Shown: in pieces, positions 1 to 12,454 of the stretch
Numbering within the stretch: position 1 is the stretch's first letter
How the letters are laid out: the number at the start of each line of letters is the position of its first letter
Assembly: GCA_951406725.2 (NCBI GenBank)
Contig: OX597817.1
Span: 136,710,001-136,774,000 of the forward strand
Direction of reading: 5' to 3'
From: Octopus vulgaris
Lineage: Eukaryota
Length of the DNA stretch: 64,000 nt
Notes under the pieces: generated by a model
The model's input: the letters and a program-made list of their open reading frames with translations, nothing else
What the model was told of the DNA's origin: nothing
The model's database searches: none
Translations under genes and position numbers: made by a program

Positions 1-7
1 TACTATT

Positions 8-215
8 AAGGTAGCAAGCTGGCAACATTGTTAGGGTATTAAAAACAAATACCCTAACAATTCTGACTCATTATGTTAGGAGTTCAAATGACGCTGTGGT
101 CGACTTTGCTTTCATCTTTTTAGGGTCTATAAAATAAGTACGAAGCAAGTATTTACGTTGAGTGTAATCGACTAACCCCTTCTCTAAAATTGCTGAAATT
201 GTTCCAAAACCCCTT
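8..215 (+). mobile_element. SINE family C (Deu/Nin-like middle domain), degenerate
   Basis: B-box-like GAGTTCAAAT followed by gtcgactttgctttcatctttttagggtctataaaataagtac; related copies at 13205-13395(-) and 33545-33740(-). Confidence 0.7.
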
Positions 216-246
216 TATTATAATTATTATTATTATTATTATTATA

Positions 247-410
247 GGCAGAGGAGTGGCTGTGTGGTAAGTAGCTTGCTTACCAACCACATGGTTCCGG
301 GTTCAGTCCCACTGCATGGCACCTTGGACAAGTGTCTTCTACTATAGCCTCAGGCTGACCAAAGCCTTGTGAGTGGACTTGGTAGACGGAAACTGAAAGA
401 AGCCTGTTAT
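247..410 (+). mobile_element. tRNA-derived SINE family A (CORE-like), 5' half
   Basis: A box TGGCTGTGTGG, B-like GGTTCAGTCC, CORE-like gcaccttggacaagtgtctt; many homologous copies in the window. Confidence 0.85.
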
Positions 411-424
411 ATATATGCATATAT

Positions 425-736
425 GATACCCTATGCTATTAGGATATCAGTTACCTGTGCTATCCCTGGGTATGGTATGCAGGTATGCTATGCTCGTAGG
501 GTACAGGTAGCAACAGAATAAACAAAAGTTTATCAGGAATGAAGTTTAAATAATCATTAAATAGAGAAAACCTTGATCAACAAACAAACAAATTGGACCA
601 CATCGGTAGGTTATTTTTTTAATATAAAACATGACGTTAGAATGTTATGTCATGTTTTATATTAAAAAATATTTATCAATGTGGTCCAATTTGTTTGTTT
701 GTTGATCATAGGTTTTCTCTATTTTCTGATTATTTA
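425..736. mobile_element. TA-embedded module ending in a ~190-bp foldback (547-736)
   Basis: About 90-bp inverted arms around a 9-nt loop at 638-646; 434-555 matches the reverse complement of 31740-31870. Confidence 0.7.
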
Positions 737-803
737 TATGTGTGCATATATATATGTATATATTCACATATATATATGTATATATATATATATATATATA
801 TAC

Positions 804-838
<35 letters not shown>

Positions 839-893
839 CACATATGTTATATATATATATATTCACATATATATATATATATATAATATATAT

Positions 894-1122
894 ATCATCA
901 TCATCATCGTTTAATGTCCGTCTTCTGTGCTAGCATGGGTTGGATGGTTCGACCAGGGTCTAGGAAGCCAGGAGTCTGCACCAGACTTCAGTCTGATCTG
1001 GCAGTGTTTCTACAGCTGGATGCCTTTCCTAACACCAACCACTCCATGAGTGTAGTGGGTGCTTTTTACGTGCCACTGGCACACGTGCCAGAAGAGGCTG
1101 GCAGCGGCTACGATCGGTTGGT

Positions 1123-1127
<5 letters not shown>
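894..1127 (-). mobile_element. RTE-related non-autonomous element/SINE family B
   Basis: (CAT)n tail, catgggttgg, tttctacagctggatgcc, and repeated ggtgctttttacgtgccac units; more than 15 copies in the window. Confidence 0.85.
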
Positions 1128-1171
<44 letters not shown>

Positions 1172-1210
1172 TATATATTTGTAATATAATATGTGACAAT
1201 TATTTGGTTA

Positions 1211-1276
1211 CCATGATAAAACTCAGTATTTTGGATGTCAGGGCGGAAACCTGCACCAGCATCTCTTCAGTCATCG
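1211..1276 (-). ncRNA. Degenerate type-I hammerhead-like motif
   Basis: Minus strand reads gatga-CTGAAGA-gatg...catc-cAAAA-tactgagtttta-tcat; GAAA appears decayed to AAAA; module sits between (TA)n runs. Confidence 0.4.
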
Positions 1277-1284
1277 AGGCAAAC

Positions 1285-1330
<46 letters not shown>

Positions 1331-1455
1331 GTAAATATACGATATATGTATGTATATATAGAGATAGATAGATGTATATATATATATATATATAGATAGA
1401 TAAATAGACAGATAGATAGATATATGTATATATATATATATGTGTGTGTGTGTAC

Positions 1456-1490
<35 letters not shown>

Positions 1491-1644
1491 TATACCACCA
1501 CTACAGACATACATTAATACAAATGGTGGCACAAAAATATAACAAACTTGGGAACAGTTGTTTGCCAATAGCTATGACTTTTATGAGAAACCTGGTCGAA
1601 TTTCCTGTGATTTTGATGACAACAACTATAACAATAATACTTAG

Positions 1645-2117
1645 TGTAAGTAAAGAGTAGAGCAACAAAACAACCACACTGTGGGATGTGCTGATACACA
1701 TATAGTGGGGTGGGTGGTGTTGTGAAAAGACATTGTTGTCAAGACTATGAAGAAAGGAATGCTTTTATAGTCAATGTCTCAACCACCATCAATGGTAATG
1801 TTTCCCTAAAAGAAACAGAGAAATAACCTAAATATGAAGATTGGGAAATAGAGATAACCTGGCTGTTAGTTTTGAGAACTGAGAAAATCTCTATAATGGG
1901 TGTCTTGAGAACAATTAAAAGAAATGCAGACAAATACGTAACCAGGAGCCCCAGGACAAAAGAAAATAGTGCAGCCAAGTGCTATATGCCAAGTACGTAT
2001 TATGTAGGACATTTTCAATAGAGTCAGAAGAGAAAAGCCCAGTGTATACCAAAGCATACTCACAGGTTCACTGCATTGTGCAGTGAAAGAATGCAATAAC
2101 ATTAATAATAATAATTC
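1645..2117 (+). mobile_element. R4/Dong-clade non-LTR retrotransposon, 3' relic (restriction-like endonuclease)
   Basis: Translates TTLWDVLIHT...DIVVKDYEERNAFIVNVS...NVSLKETEK*PKYEDWEIEI, a PD-(D/E)xK RLE pattern; ends in (TAA)n, the known Dong target. Confidence 0.75.
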
Positions 2118-2310
2118 ATTTATTCTTTTCAGTCACTTGACTGTGGCCATGCAGGAGCACTGCCTTTAGTCGAGCAAATCGACCCCAGGACTTATTCTTT
2201 GTAAGCCTAATACTTATTCTATCGGTCTCTCTTGCTGAACCGCTAAGTGACGGGGACATGAACACACCAGCATCAGTTGTCAAGCGATGTTGGGGGGACA
2301 AACACAGACA
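2116..2310 (-). mobile_element. SINE family A, 3' half
   Basis: ttcagtcacttgactgtggccatgc...gaccccaggacttattctttgtaagcc; reverse complement of 12260-12450. Confidence 0.85.
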
Positions 2311-4464
2311 CACAAACATATACACACAGACATATATATATATGCATATATATATGAGAGAAGTTGTTAGCCACAACTCGTGTTTCACTCCTACAACATT
2401 TGTGAAGCATAAACTCCTGATTAAAAAAAATGGGAAAGAAAACCCCAGAGAATTGAACAGACACAAATAGTTGCAATTAAAGTGGTAAAAATGCAAATTT
2501 AAATGCCTATGACTGAAACATCATTACAGCATACTATCTCATCTTTATAATATAATTGAACAATACCCAAAACATTGTGAACATAAGCCATCATAACATA
2601 CCTAACATGCTGTCAATGTTCAAACTAAATGACACACTAGGTGACTCCACAAAAAGCTATCAGCATGGAAGATGTGTTTCAAAAACTGCTTAAGGAATTT
2701 ATCCAAGAATGAGAAAAATAAAAGGAAAGCTCAAAATTGATAATTTTTTTTTTTTTCAAAATTGGGTGAAATTCCATATTCTTACCAATTAAATGCTGGT
2801 GAGTTCCCTTGGCAGATGACAAAGTATATGCTCCCTCACTGAGAATGGCACTATATCTGGATGTATACAAAATTGTGGTATATTTGTATAGAAATTTGTG
2901 CCATTTATTTAAGATTTGAGACTGGGAACATGAGGTATGAAGACGGGTAAAGTTTGTGTTCTACACACTTGCTTGCCAGATGGTGCCGTAGTATTTGGGT
3001 ATTCTCCTGTGGACAGAATGGTGCTAAATATATATCACCACCCTGTTAACATGTAGACATGTTATCACTCTATAAACAGGAATATTTTTTAAATGGTAAT
3101 TAAATGCATGAAATATTCTAAAAGGACGGAATAAATAAAATAAAGAATGAAAGTTTTAGAAATAAAATAGAATGAGGTTATTGTTTCATTTGTTGCCTTG
3201 TTGAAGAATAATTGACTGAAAATAGCAAATTATTTTATATTCTAACTTGTTTACAGTAAGGCACAAATTATTAAGTTTTTCAACATAGAAGCCATTATCT
3301 TTCTCTTCTGTTTTGGAATTTCCTTTGTCTTTTTCCCATCTTGTACATTGATGAAATTGATATTGAAATTCCACCGAAATAGTCCTCACTAAAACATAAT
3401 TCACTGATATATTCTTGAATGATGCATTCTTTAGATTCTCTTAGAAACTATTTTTTGAACTCATTAACTTGTAGCAATGATATAAGATAATGAGATTCAC
3501 AAATATAGCTATTATGATTTGTGCATAAAATGTTTTGGGCTGGCAATCATCAATTCAACCAGGGAGACATAGGTTTTAGTAGCCCTTAAGTAGGTACATT
3601 TCTCTATATCTTAGTACGATGTTAATCATTTGTACAATGTCTTCCAAACTATATGAGGGTCTTAGAAGAAAAAACCCTGCTTGCAAATGGTACATACATT
3701 CAGTTCACCCAAAATATATGTAAATATCTGTGTGTATGTATGTGTGTTTGTGTGTGTAAAAAGTTGATTGCTAAAATGTGGATGAGACGTTTGGAAGAAG
3801 GGAATTGAGAAAGATGTGAAAGAAAAATTGTGAAGCCTGACCTTGAGATGTTGAGTTTCACAATTTTTGGAAGGGTTGACAATAGACCAAGATGACTGGT
3901 GATTTGCTGTGTTTGACAAACCCATCTAACCCACCATCAAAAATGAGGTCTTAAAAAGGATATATTTGCACCAATGCTAGAACACAATGTAAAGCAGTTG
4001 GTATTAGGCAGTGCATCCAGCTGTAGAAGCTATGCTTAAACAAACCCTTTGGCTCGGCACAGTCTGCTGACCTGTCAGATTGTCCATTCCATACTTGCAT
4101 GGAATACAGATGCTCACGGGTGATAGTGATTTATATGTTTCATTACAAACCTGTTTTAAGTTTTATCTCTTTTAGTTTGGATTTTTCAGATTTTCTTATT
4201 AGTCTTTTTACAGTTGGTTTGGAACAGTAACATTCCTAAATCCATATCAGATACTTCTAAACCTTTACAGTCTCAATTTCAAAAATTGGATTCAATATGT
4301 TTGGTATTTGTGTTGTCTCTTATATACTGCTTGATTTTCTGTAGATTTTCCCACCAAAGATTTGTTTGGTCATTAGCTTCAGGCATCATCAGTCACATGG
4401 TGAATCGTTTTATTATTATCATCATCATTTACATTTGACGGATATTTGTCCTCATCTTTTCGTT

Positions 4465-4507
4465 AACACCTTTTGGCCGATATACCCTCCAGCCTTCATC
4501 AGGTGTC
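4465..4507 (-). ncRNA. Minimal hammerhead motif, degenerate inverted copy
   Basis: Minus strand reads gacac-CTGATGA-aggctg...cggcc-AAAAg-gtgtt; stem III region partly deleted. Confidence 0.5.
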
Positions 4508-4681
4508 TTGACGAAATTTCAAACCTGGGTTCTCATTCCTAAGGTATTTTTCGATGTTATTATTATTATTATTACTATATGGCAAAGTGGTTAAGAGCGC
4601 GGGCTACTAAACCCAAGATTCCGAGTTCGATTCCAGGCAGTGATCTGAATAATAGTAATAATAATAACAATAATACTAATC

Positions 4682-4727
<46 letters not shown>

Positions 4728-4785
4728 TAATAATAACATCGAAAAATACCTTAGGAATGAGAACCCAGGTTCAAAATTTCCCCAA

Positions 4786-4831
4786 GACACCTGATGAAGG
4801 CTGGAGGGTATATCAGCCAAAACACTGTGTT
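4786..4831 (+). ncRNA. Minimal type-I hammerhead motif (CpG-decayed)
   Basis: Stem I gacac/gtgtt; core CTGATGA 4791-4797; stem II ggctg/cagcc; AAAACACT in place of GAAACGTT. Confidence 0.6.
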
Positions 4832-5029
4832 AACAACAAACAAGATGAGGACAAATGTCCATCAAATGTAAATAATGTACATAATTCCTCATCTCTTAAA
4901 TATAGAACTGTATCATCATCATTTCATGGAAGGAGGATGTTAAATGATGATAAAAATATTAAATGTGACTGCTGAAGCATGAAACTAGTTTTGTCCATTA
5001 GGTTTTTTCCCTTATATATCACAGTAGTC

Positions 5030-5620
5030 ACTTGTTAATATTTTGATATGTGTTGTTTGGATGCTAATATGAATGTGGTTTCAATAATAGTTTGCCGTGT
5101 GGAATTCTATATAAAGTATGTATTTTCTTCTGGTATTGTCCTCTCTAATTTTGGTGTGTGGTGTAATGAGCAATTGATCCATGTTGCAAGTGTGTGGTGA
5201 GTCTACATGATAGTGTTGGACTGGTCTGTCCAATGTAACAGTTAATGTCCTGAAGTTTGCAACTTTTAGTTTTACAGTCAAACTTTTACATCACATTGGT
5301 CATCCGCAGTTTGTTCTCAGGCTGACATCGTTTGTGGTGTATTATTGATGAGGAATTTTTGGTTTTTGTACTATGTTATTAGTTTCAGTATATGGTCGAG
5401 TGCAATGTATATTGTGTTTTATGAGGGTTTTTATTATATGTTTGTTAGTTTGATTGTTTTTGTGCATTTGCTTCATGCAATAGATTTTTATGTGTGGTTT
5501 GTGTATTTCTATTAGGTTTATTCTCTGATATATTTCTTGTATAGTATTTGTGTCTGTGTTATTTTATAGTTTGGTACACCAGTCTATTAGAATATCTGTT
5601 GTCAATTAATATTTGTTTAA
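5030..5620 (-). mobile_element. Penelope-like element relic (RT thumb/linker to GIY-YIG endonuclease C-terminus)
   Basis: Minus frames give KQILIDNRYSNRLVYQTIK, IKIYCMKQMHKNNQTNKHIIKTLIKHNIHCT, LKLIT*YKNQK and IETTFI, resembling recalled PLE motifs (KQILxNNGYP, NQMHxNY, LxIYYKN); stops and frameshifts present. Confidence 0.7.
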
Positions 5621-6319
5621 TTCTATGTATTTCTATATCTCAGCCATTGTTTGTGGAAAATACGAAAAATCCAATGGAAGATATAAAAGTTGAATGTTAG
5701 TTGTTTATTCAATGAAACATGCATAAAAGAGAAGCTTTTCCCTGTGTGTGTGTGTGCATGTGTGTGTGTGCATGTGTGTGTGTGTAAGAAACTTAACTTC
5801 AATTTCATAAAGCTGTTTGTATGTGAGGTAAAATGCCCCTTAGATGGAAAAAGTCAGAAGAATTATCTATGGGAATTGAACCATTAATTTTTTTGTTTAT
5901 TGGACTTCTGTAGTAATCATTAGACATAGGTGACACAAGAACACACAGCTGTTGAAATTAGGAATTTTGACTTCAAGAGGAAAATTTAAATTTCAGTAGT
6001 TGGAAGTTGTCAGGTCACTTTTGTGCAATAGTTTAGCAAATGTACAGCAGAGACATGGTTCAATTTCTATTGGTGTTTTCATCCCTTTTTTTTTTTTCTG
6101 AATGCTTAAAAAGAAAGACTTACTAAAGATTTCTCAATGCTTTAAACAAATCAGAACTTAATAAATGTACTTAATTACAGGTTAACAAAATTTAGTAAGA
6201 TGAAAAATATTTTTAATCACATGAAATCACATCTGTACTGAGAAATCATGAATGCTAATGAAAATTGTGGAAAATGTGGATAGGGGAGAGAATTCAAAAA
6301 TGTAAAAGTGGTTAAAAAT

Positions 6320-6364
<45 letters not shown>

Positions 6365-6811
6365 AAGAAAGAAAGAAAGAAAATGTGTGTGTGATGTTAG
6401 AGCATGTACAGGTGTGTGCATATGTTGAGATTTTCTTCACATAAATGTGTTCTTCAATTTTTGCGATTCCCTTGCCTTCCTGTCACCATGTTCTTCAGCT
6501 CCTGCAGTGGACATCTCCCCTTTCCATGTACTTTCATAGAACAAAAAATCCCCCACAAACATTCTGGCTCCTAGCTTTCACAGTCTGCACAAATTAAATT
6601 CACATTTGTCAGACTCCTCTCACGTATGTTTCTCATCCAATATGGTTCCATATCAGAAACACAATGCGTTTAATAGATACATGATATCACTTAACTATTT
6701 CTCAGTGCTGAGCAAGAACAAATATTTGAATTTCTTTCTGTTAAGATGGAAATGTAGAATGAAGTCAAAGTTAAGTTGAAATACTTTCCATATTTTTTGC
6801 TTCACCACCAC

Positions 6812-6855
<44 letters not shown>

Positions 6856-7031
6856 CTGCTGTGTTTTCAAAATTATTAAGTGTATTGTTGAAATGATAAT
6901 GCTTCTCTTTTATTATCAAATTTTAACCTAGTCTAACAAGAGTTTACTTATCTATGAAGTTACTTTCTGTTAGAATGTTCGATATATCTCTGAGAAAATA
7001 AGGCACTGAACCTCATTCACGCACACAGATG

Positions 7032-7315
7032 AATATATATGTGTGTGTGTATTATTATATACATAAATATATATTTGTACACATGTATGTATAAATATAT
7101 ATATGCATTATATATATATTTGTACACATGTATGTATAAATATATATATATGCATTATATATATATATATTATATATGTGTATATATATATATGCATTAT
7201 ATATGTATATATATATATGCATTATGTATATATATGCATTATGTATATCTATATATTTATATATGTATATATATATGTATATATACATGCATTATATATA
7301 TGTGTATATATATGC

Positions 7316-7353
<38 letters not shown>

Positions 7354-7440
7354 TTATATATCTCTATATATTTATATATGTATGTATATATATATATATA
7401 TACATACAACATATATGTATGTTTGTATATAGATGTATGT
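7032..7440. repeat. Compound (TA)n/TATGCAT microsatellite
   Basis: Visible directly; explains the YIYI-type ORFs. Confidence 0.95.
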
Positions 7441-8689
7441 ATTGTAAGTGCAGTACTTGCATGTAATGGATTTGGTGCCATTAGTGCCTTGCACAAATAT
7501 TTTGATTAAGATGGGTGACAGTAAATATCTGTTGTAAGTAATGCCAAGCCATTGACAGTGGTTAAATATTTGTTGGAAGTCTTTGATAAAAGTGCTTTTT
7601 GCATAGAGTCACTGAACAAACAATACAGAAGCCATTCTTGCTCTATCAACCCAATAAAACAACTTTGTTGCGAAAAACAAAACGAAAAGTATATATTTTA
7701 GTCTCTGAACAGACAAGCTGAAGTTGTTAGAAAGCAGTTTTTATTATGTGTTACATACTATAAACATATTTGTAAGTTATTTGTTAAAACAATAAACATT
7801 ATCAAATCCATTCTGTGAGTTATTCAACTCTGTCATTGTCTGTCTGACTGCCTGTCCACCTGTCTGTCTGTCCGTCTCTAATAACTCAGATAGAGAAGAA
7901 TACATACTGACGGTTTATTTTATATTAATGGATGACAGTTTCACAACATATCTGACCAAATAACATTATCACATAAGATCCATCAAAATGAAGATCTTTC
8001 AAAAAAATAAAAAAAAAAGTCCCTCTTTTCTTTTCTCTATCTTTCCTCTTTTCTTTTTTTCTTCTTTATGATGATGTGGGAAATTTGTGTTAAATATTAT
8101 TGAGAATAATACAAGCACCTTTGCCTACTTGCAGTAAATGTTTGCATACATTCTTTATCTTTTATTGGTTTCTGTTATTAAACTGCGGCCATTCTGGGGT
8201 ACTGTCAGTTATAACAACTTCGGTACTTATGTCAGTCTGGAACTGATTTTACTGTTGTATAGTTTACTGATTGGCTAACAGCAGTCTTGTTTTGACCAAT
8301 GATATTGAGTTTAACACACACACACACGTTTTGTGATCCCAACAATACCAGACAATTTCCTTTTCATATTTTGGAACCCTTCTTTGTGTGGTGAGAACTC
8401 CATCACAACTTCAACTTGCTTGATCAACATGATATTAAAATAATTCAGTAGTTTTTTCTTGAAATCAGTAGCAATAATATCTATGATTCTGTGCATCTCT
8501 CTATTAATTTGTGTATATGTGTATGTGTGTGTGGTGTCTGTTTCTGGCCAATTATGTCTTGGAGAGAACTGTTCCATTTGCAGAAACATATGGTTAGTTT
8601 TGACTGAAGGAGGCTTCTATATGTATGTATATATATTCATACACATATATATATATATATATATATATAAATATATATATGTATGTGTA

Positions 8690-8720
<31 letters not shown>

Positions 8721-8781
8721 GTATATATATATGTATATATGTATGTATGTATGTGTATATATATATATGTATATATATATA

Positions 8782-9000
8782 CATCATCATATTTTTTCCA
8801 TGCTGGCATGTAGTTGGATGGTTTGACAGCATCCAGTGAGTCCCAAAGGCGCATCAATCTTCTTTGTCATCTTTGGTATGGGTTCTACAACTGGATGCCC
8901 TTCCTAACTCCAGCTACTTTACAGAGTGTACTGGTGCTTTTTTTTGTTTGTTTTGTACCACCAACACTTGTGGGGTTGCCAAGTAACTTGAAAAACAGGA
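8782..9000 (-). mobile_element. Family B element, degenerate
   Basis: catcatcat...ccatgctggcatg...ctacaactggatgcccttcctaac. Confidence 0.75.
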
Positions 9001-9859
9001 AAGAACTACAAAAGAGGAAAAAGTGGAAAAGGAAAAAAAACCCTTGAAGAAATATTATATATATATGTAATCAACATTATTTAATGTTTACTATTCCATG
9101 TTTGCATAAGCCAGATAGAATTTGGTGAGGCAGATTTTTTGTGACTGGATGTCTTTCCTGTTGGGCTAAAAATACATCAGTTATATGGCTTCAGGGATAA
9201 AGTTTACAACTTTCTTTTAAACTTGGCTCAGTGCAATATAATCTTTTTATGCAAGTTTAAGTGGGGAGGAGGAGAGCAAAAATATTTCAAGCTCTTATTT
9301 ATTAAAATAAAAGATTTTCAGAGCAGAACCCAATGTGTTTGTAAACCCATTGTACTGCTGGAGATGCAACTTGATGTTACAACAGCTACAAAAATGAGGC
9401 AGAGTTTGAATTCTTTCTGACACTTGATGGTAGATCTTGTTTTAACTCTTTCTGTTTTCAATGATGTCTACAAATTACTTGAAGCTGGAGTATTTTGTTG
9501 ATTTTACTTGGGATTTAAGTGACAGTACTCAATACATTGTGTAAAGTGTTTCTATCTATTATAGCTGATAAATAAGGCTACTTGTGCATGATTTTGAATT
9601 TCAGGCTAAATAGAACATTCTTTTGGTAGAATTTCAGTGAGTTTCCTAAAAGAGAATCCATACAACTTAATCTTAAATAGTTGCTAATATATTTCTTATG
9701 CAAGTTGACATTTAATTAGTAATCTTATAAGTAGTCAATAATTATTTACTATTAATTTCATAGAAATTATTTGTTTGTTTAATTTTAAAAGTTAGCTCCT
9801 AAAATTTCCTATATGGTAGAGATTTTTTTTGAGATGTAACAAACAGCATTTATTTCCAG

Positions 9860-9874
9860 ACTGGATGCTTGATG
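9860..9874 (+). other. Candidate 15-nt microexon
   Basis: tttatttccag|ACTGGATGCTTGATG|gtaagc; frame-preserving length; motif evidence only. Confidence 0.25.
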
Positions 9875-10506
9875 GTAAGCCTAACTCTTGACTTTAGTGA
9901 CATTAGTGTCTGAATGACTAATGTTTTCCTTCTATTGAAGTCTACAAACAGTAATTACTTGAAACTTGTACGTGTCATTGTTATTGCTTCTCACTTAGCA
10001 GTTTTTCTTGTTTTTTTTTGTCTTTTTTTGACAAATGAAATAAAAATATGTCTTTTATAGAATCTCAAAGATTAGTACACCTTCATTGTTTGAAAGTGTT
10101 TATGACTTTTGGCACCATTAATAGGTTTTTACAGAAAGCTGGCTGTGACATCCTCTCTTAGGGTACACACCATGGATGTTTGTGTTTATGAAGTTGTTTT
10201 AGAGAAAATATATAAATGGACAAACATGTGTTTGTGCTTGATTTCTTTGTGCATTTTATCATGAATAGCAATTAATGCTTGAGTGTAATGTAAGTTGTTT
10301 AAATAGTAATACTTCTAGACTGAAATTGTACTAACTCACGAATTTTTAGCAAAAGCACAAACATTTATGATATCTTACTAATTTTAAGTCTTCTATGGAG
10401 AAAGAAAAAAGAAGTTAGTAGGAAATCTGAGTGGATAGAATGTTTGGATAATGACCAAATGTTTTAATCCTGTTACAAACATTTTTCTCTCCTTTTTCAC
10501 ACTTAC

Positions 10507-10521
10507 CAGTAAAAACAAAGC
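10507..10521 (-). other. Candidate 15-nt microexon (minus strand)
   Basis: Minus strand tctttttgcttcttgatcag|GCTTTGTTTTTACTG|gtaagt, with TGC in the pyrimidine tract; motif evidence only. Confidence 0.25.
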
Positions 10522-11212
10522 CTGATCAAGAAGCAAAAAGATCTTTACATGTATTATTGCTGAATGTTTTGTATGAGAATAGCCATTTCCATATTTCTTG
10601 TCTGTTCCAATAATCTATATAGAATTCAACAAAGAAAGCTTTACATGGTCTCTCATCCTCCTATAAATAGCAACCAAATCTTTTTTAGATTGCTCTACAC
10701 CATTAAAAAAGGAAGGAGAAATTTTCATAAAAAGTTCCTAAAGAGACATGACTAGCAAGAACAAAACAATGAATGCAGTTGAAATATGTTTCATTATTGG
10801 TCTTGTTGAGCAGAGTTAAAATTAAACAATAAATAACAACAACAACAACGGTAACATTCTGAAGGTTTTTGAATATTTAAACCTGCTCTTGTATAAAGAA
10901 GTAATAATAATAATAATGCATAAAGGATTACACACATACACACACACGATCATTGTTATTAATTATATCTAAAGATAATCACTTGAGTTCACCACTTATT
11001 GTTATTGCCATTTTTAACATTATTGTAAATAATGTTTTTCTTTCTCTCTTTTTAATTTCATTTATAATTTTCAACTTTATTTTTCTGTTATTTAATGGCT
11101 CACCTCTGTGAATATCTAATAAAGTGTATTTGTATATTGAACATGAGAAATGATTAATTGAAGTGGAAGACTTGTTGCTAAAGAACCCACAATGTCTTTG
11201 CTGCTATTTTAG

Positions 11213-11310
11213 GCTGATAATTAACCTCTCAACAACTACACAACTCTATTAGCGCTTCCACAATCTCTAATCTTTGACGTCGCTAGTTATTTCCTCTGTT
11301 TCCTCTTGAG
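11213..11310 (+). other. Candidate non-coding (5'UTR) exon
   Basis: ctgctattttag|GCT...GAG|gtaatt in unique sequence. Confidence 0.3.
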
Positions 11311-12059
11311 GTAATTGTTGAAAATTAATTATTGATATCAATGTTGCTGTTATTATTATTTATTTCTATCAAACTTCTTCACTTTTATATCTTGATTTAA
11401 AGACGAAGTGTTGTTGCTATTTTTGTCATAAAATAAATTAATGTTGCTCTGCAATATCTTTCCCATACATAATACAGGTAGTGTTGATTTGAATTGTACT
11501 TTTTGAAATGGTAAAGTATTATCCAAATTTGGTTCTATCTCTTAAGTGTACAATTGTTGTGTTGACTTCATAATTTATTTTATGATTTATCTCAACAAGA
11601 TGATGTTGCTAAATTTGTGGGAAATTTTATTTCTTCAACCGTTTGTTATTTCTAGTTTCTCTGACACATCAGTAACGGGCAATATTTTAATTAAAGTTGT
11701 TTTTAAGTTTTTAAAGAAGAATTACTCTTTGTTCCCCCACACATTACTTATATAAAAATACAACTTCCCTTCTCTAAATGATTCTGATATTATTTTCTCC
11801 TTTAAAGATGGTCCTTCATATTAAAAATTTCCTGTCCTAATTTTGTAATTTCTCCAAACTCTGTGACTATTTTTCAAAAGATCACTCACTGAAAAACATT
11901 AAAACAAGAAAGCTCTTCAGTTTTGTTCTTTTCAATTGCAGAGGAATCTTCTTTGCATTGACATTTCTTCCAGCCAGTGTTGTTTTCATTTCTGAAAACT
12001 TTATGGATTGGATAAATCTATCTTCTTAATACTTAAGGCATCATTGAATCAGTCTGGAA

Positions 12060-12454
12060 GGCACAGGAGTGGCTCTGTGGTAAGAAGCTTGCTTCTCAAC
12101 CACATGTTTCCAGGTTCAGTCCCACTGTTTGGTACCTTGGGCAAATGTCTTCTACTATAGCCTTGGGCCGACCAAAGCCTTATGTGTGAATTTGGTCGAT
12201 GGAAACTGAAAGAACCCCATTGTATATATGTGTATGTATGTATGTGTGTGTGTGTGTGTATTTGTCCCTCCACCCTCACTTGACAACCAATGTTGGTGTG
12301 TTTACATCTCTATAACTTAATGGTTCAGCAAAAGAGTCCGATAGAATAAGTACTATACTTATAAAGGATAAGTCCTAGGGTCGATTTGTTCAACTAAAGG
12401 CAATGTTCCAGCATGGTTGCAGGCAAATGACTGAAACAAAAGGATTAAAGAATA
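12060..12454 (+). mobile_element. SINE family A, full length
   Basis: tRNA-like head, CORE-like segment, internal (TG/TA) microsatellite, and tail ccagcatgg...atgactgaaac. Confidence 0.9.

Larger units (their letters stand above)
4423..4911 (+). mobile_element. Composite element: inverted Penelope-like terminal arms, tRNA-derived head, (AAT)n and hammerhead motif
   Basis: 4423-4560 is the reverse complement of 4730-4877; A box TGGCAAAGTGG 4580-4590; B box GTTCGATTCC 4625-4634; (AAT)n 4648-4737. Confidence 0.75.

Noticed and set aside
4577-4648. Genuine tRNA gene
   Set aside because: No acceptor stem and a disrupted anticodon stem; treated as a SINE-type head.
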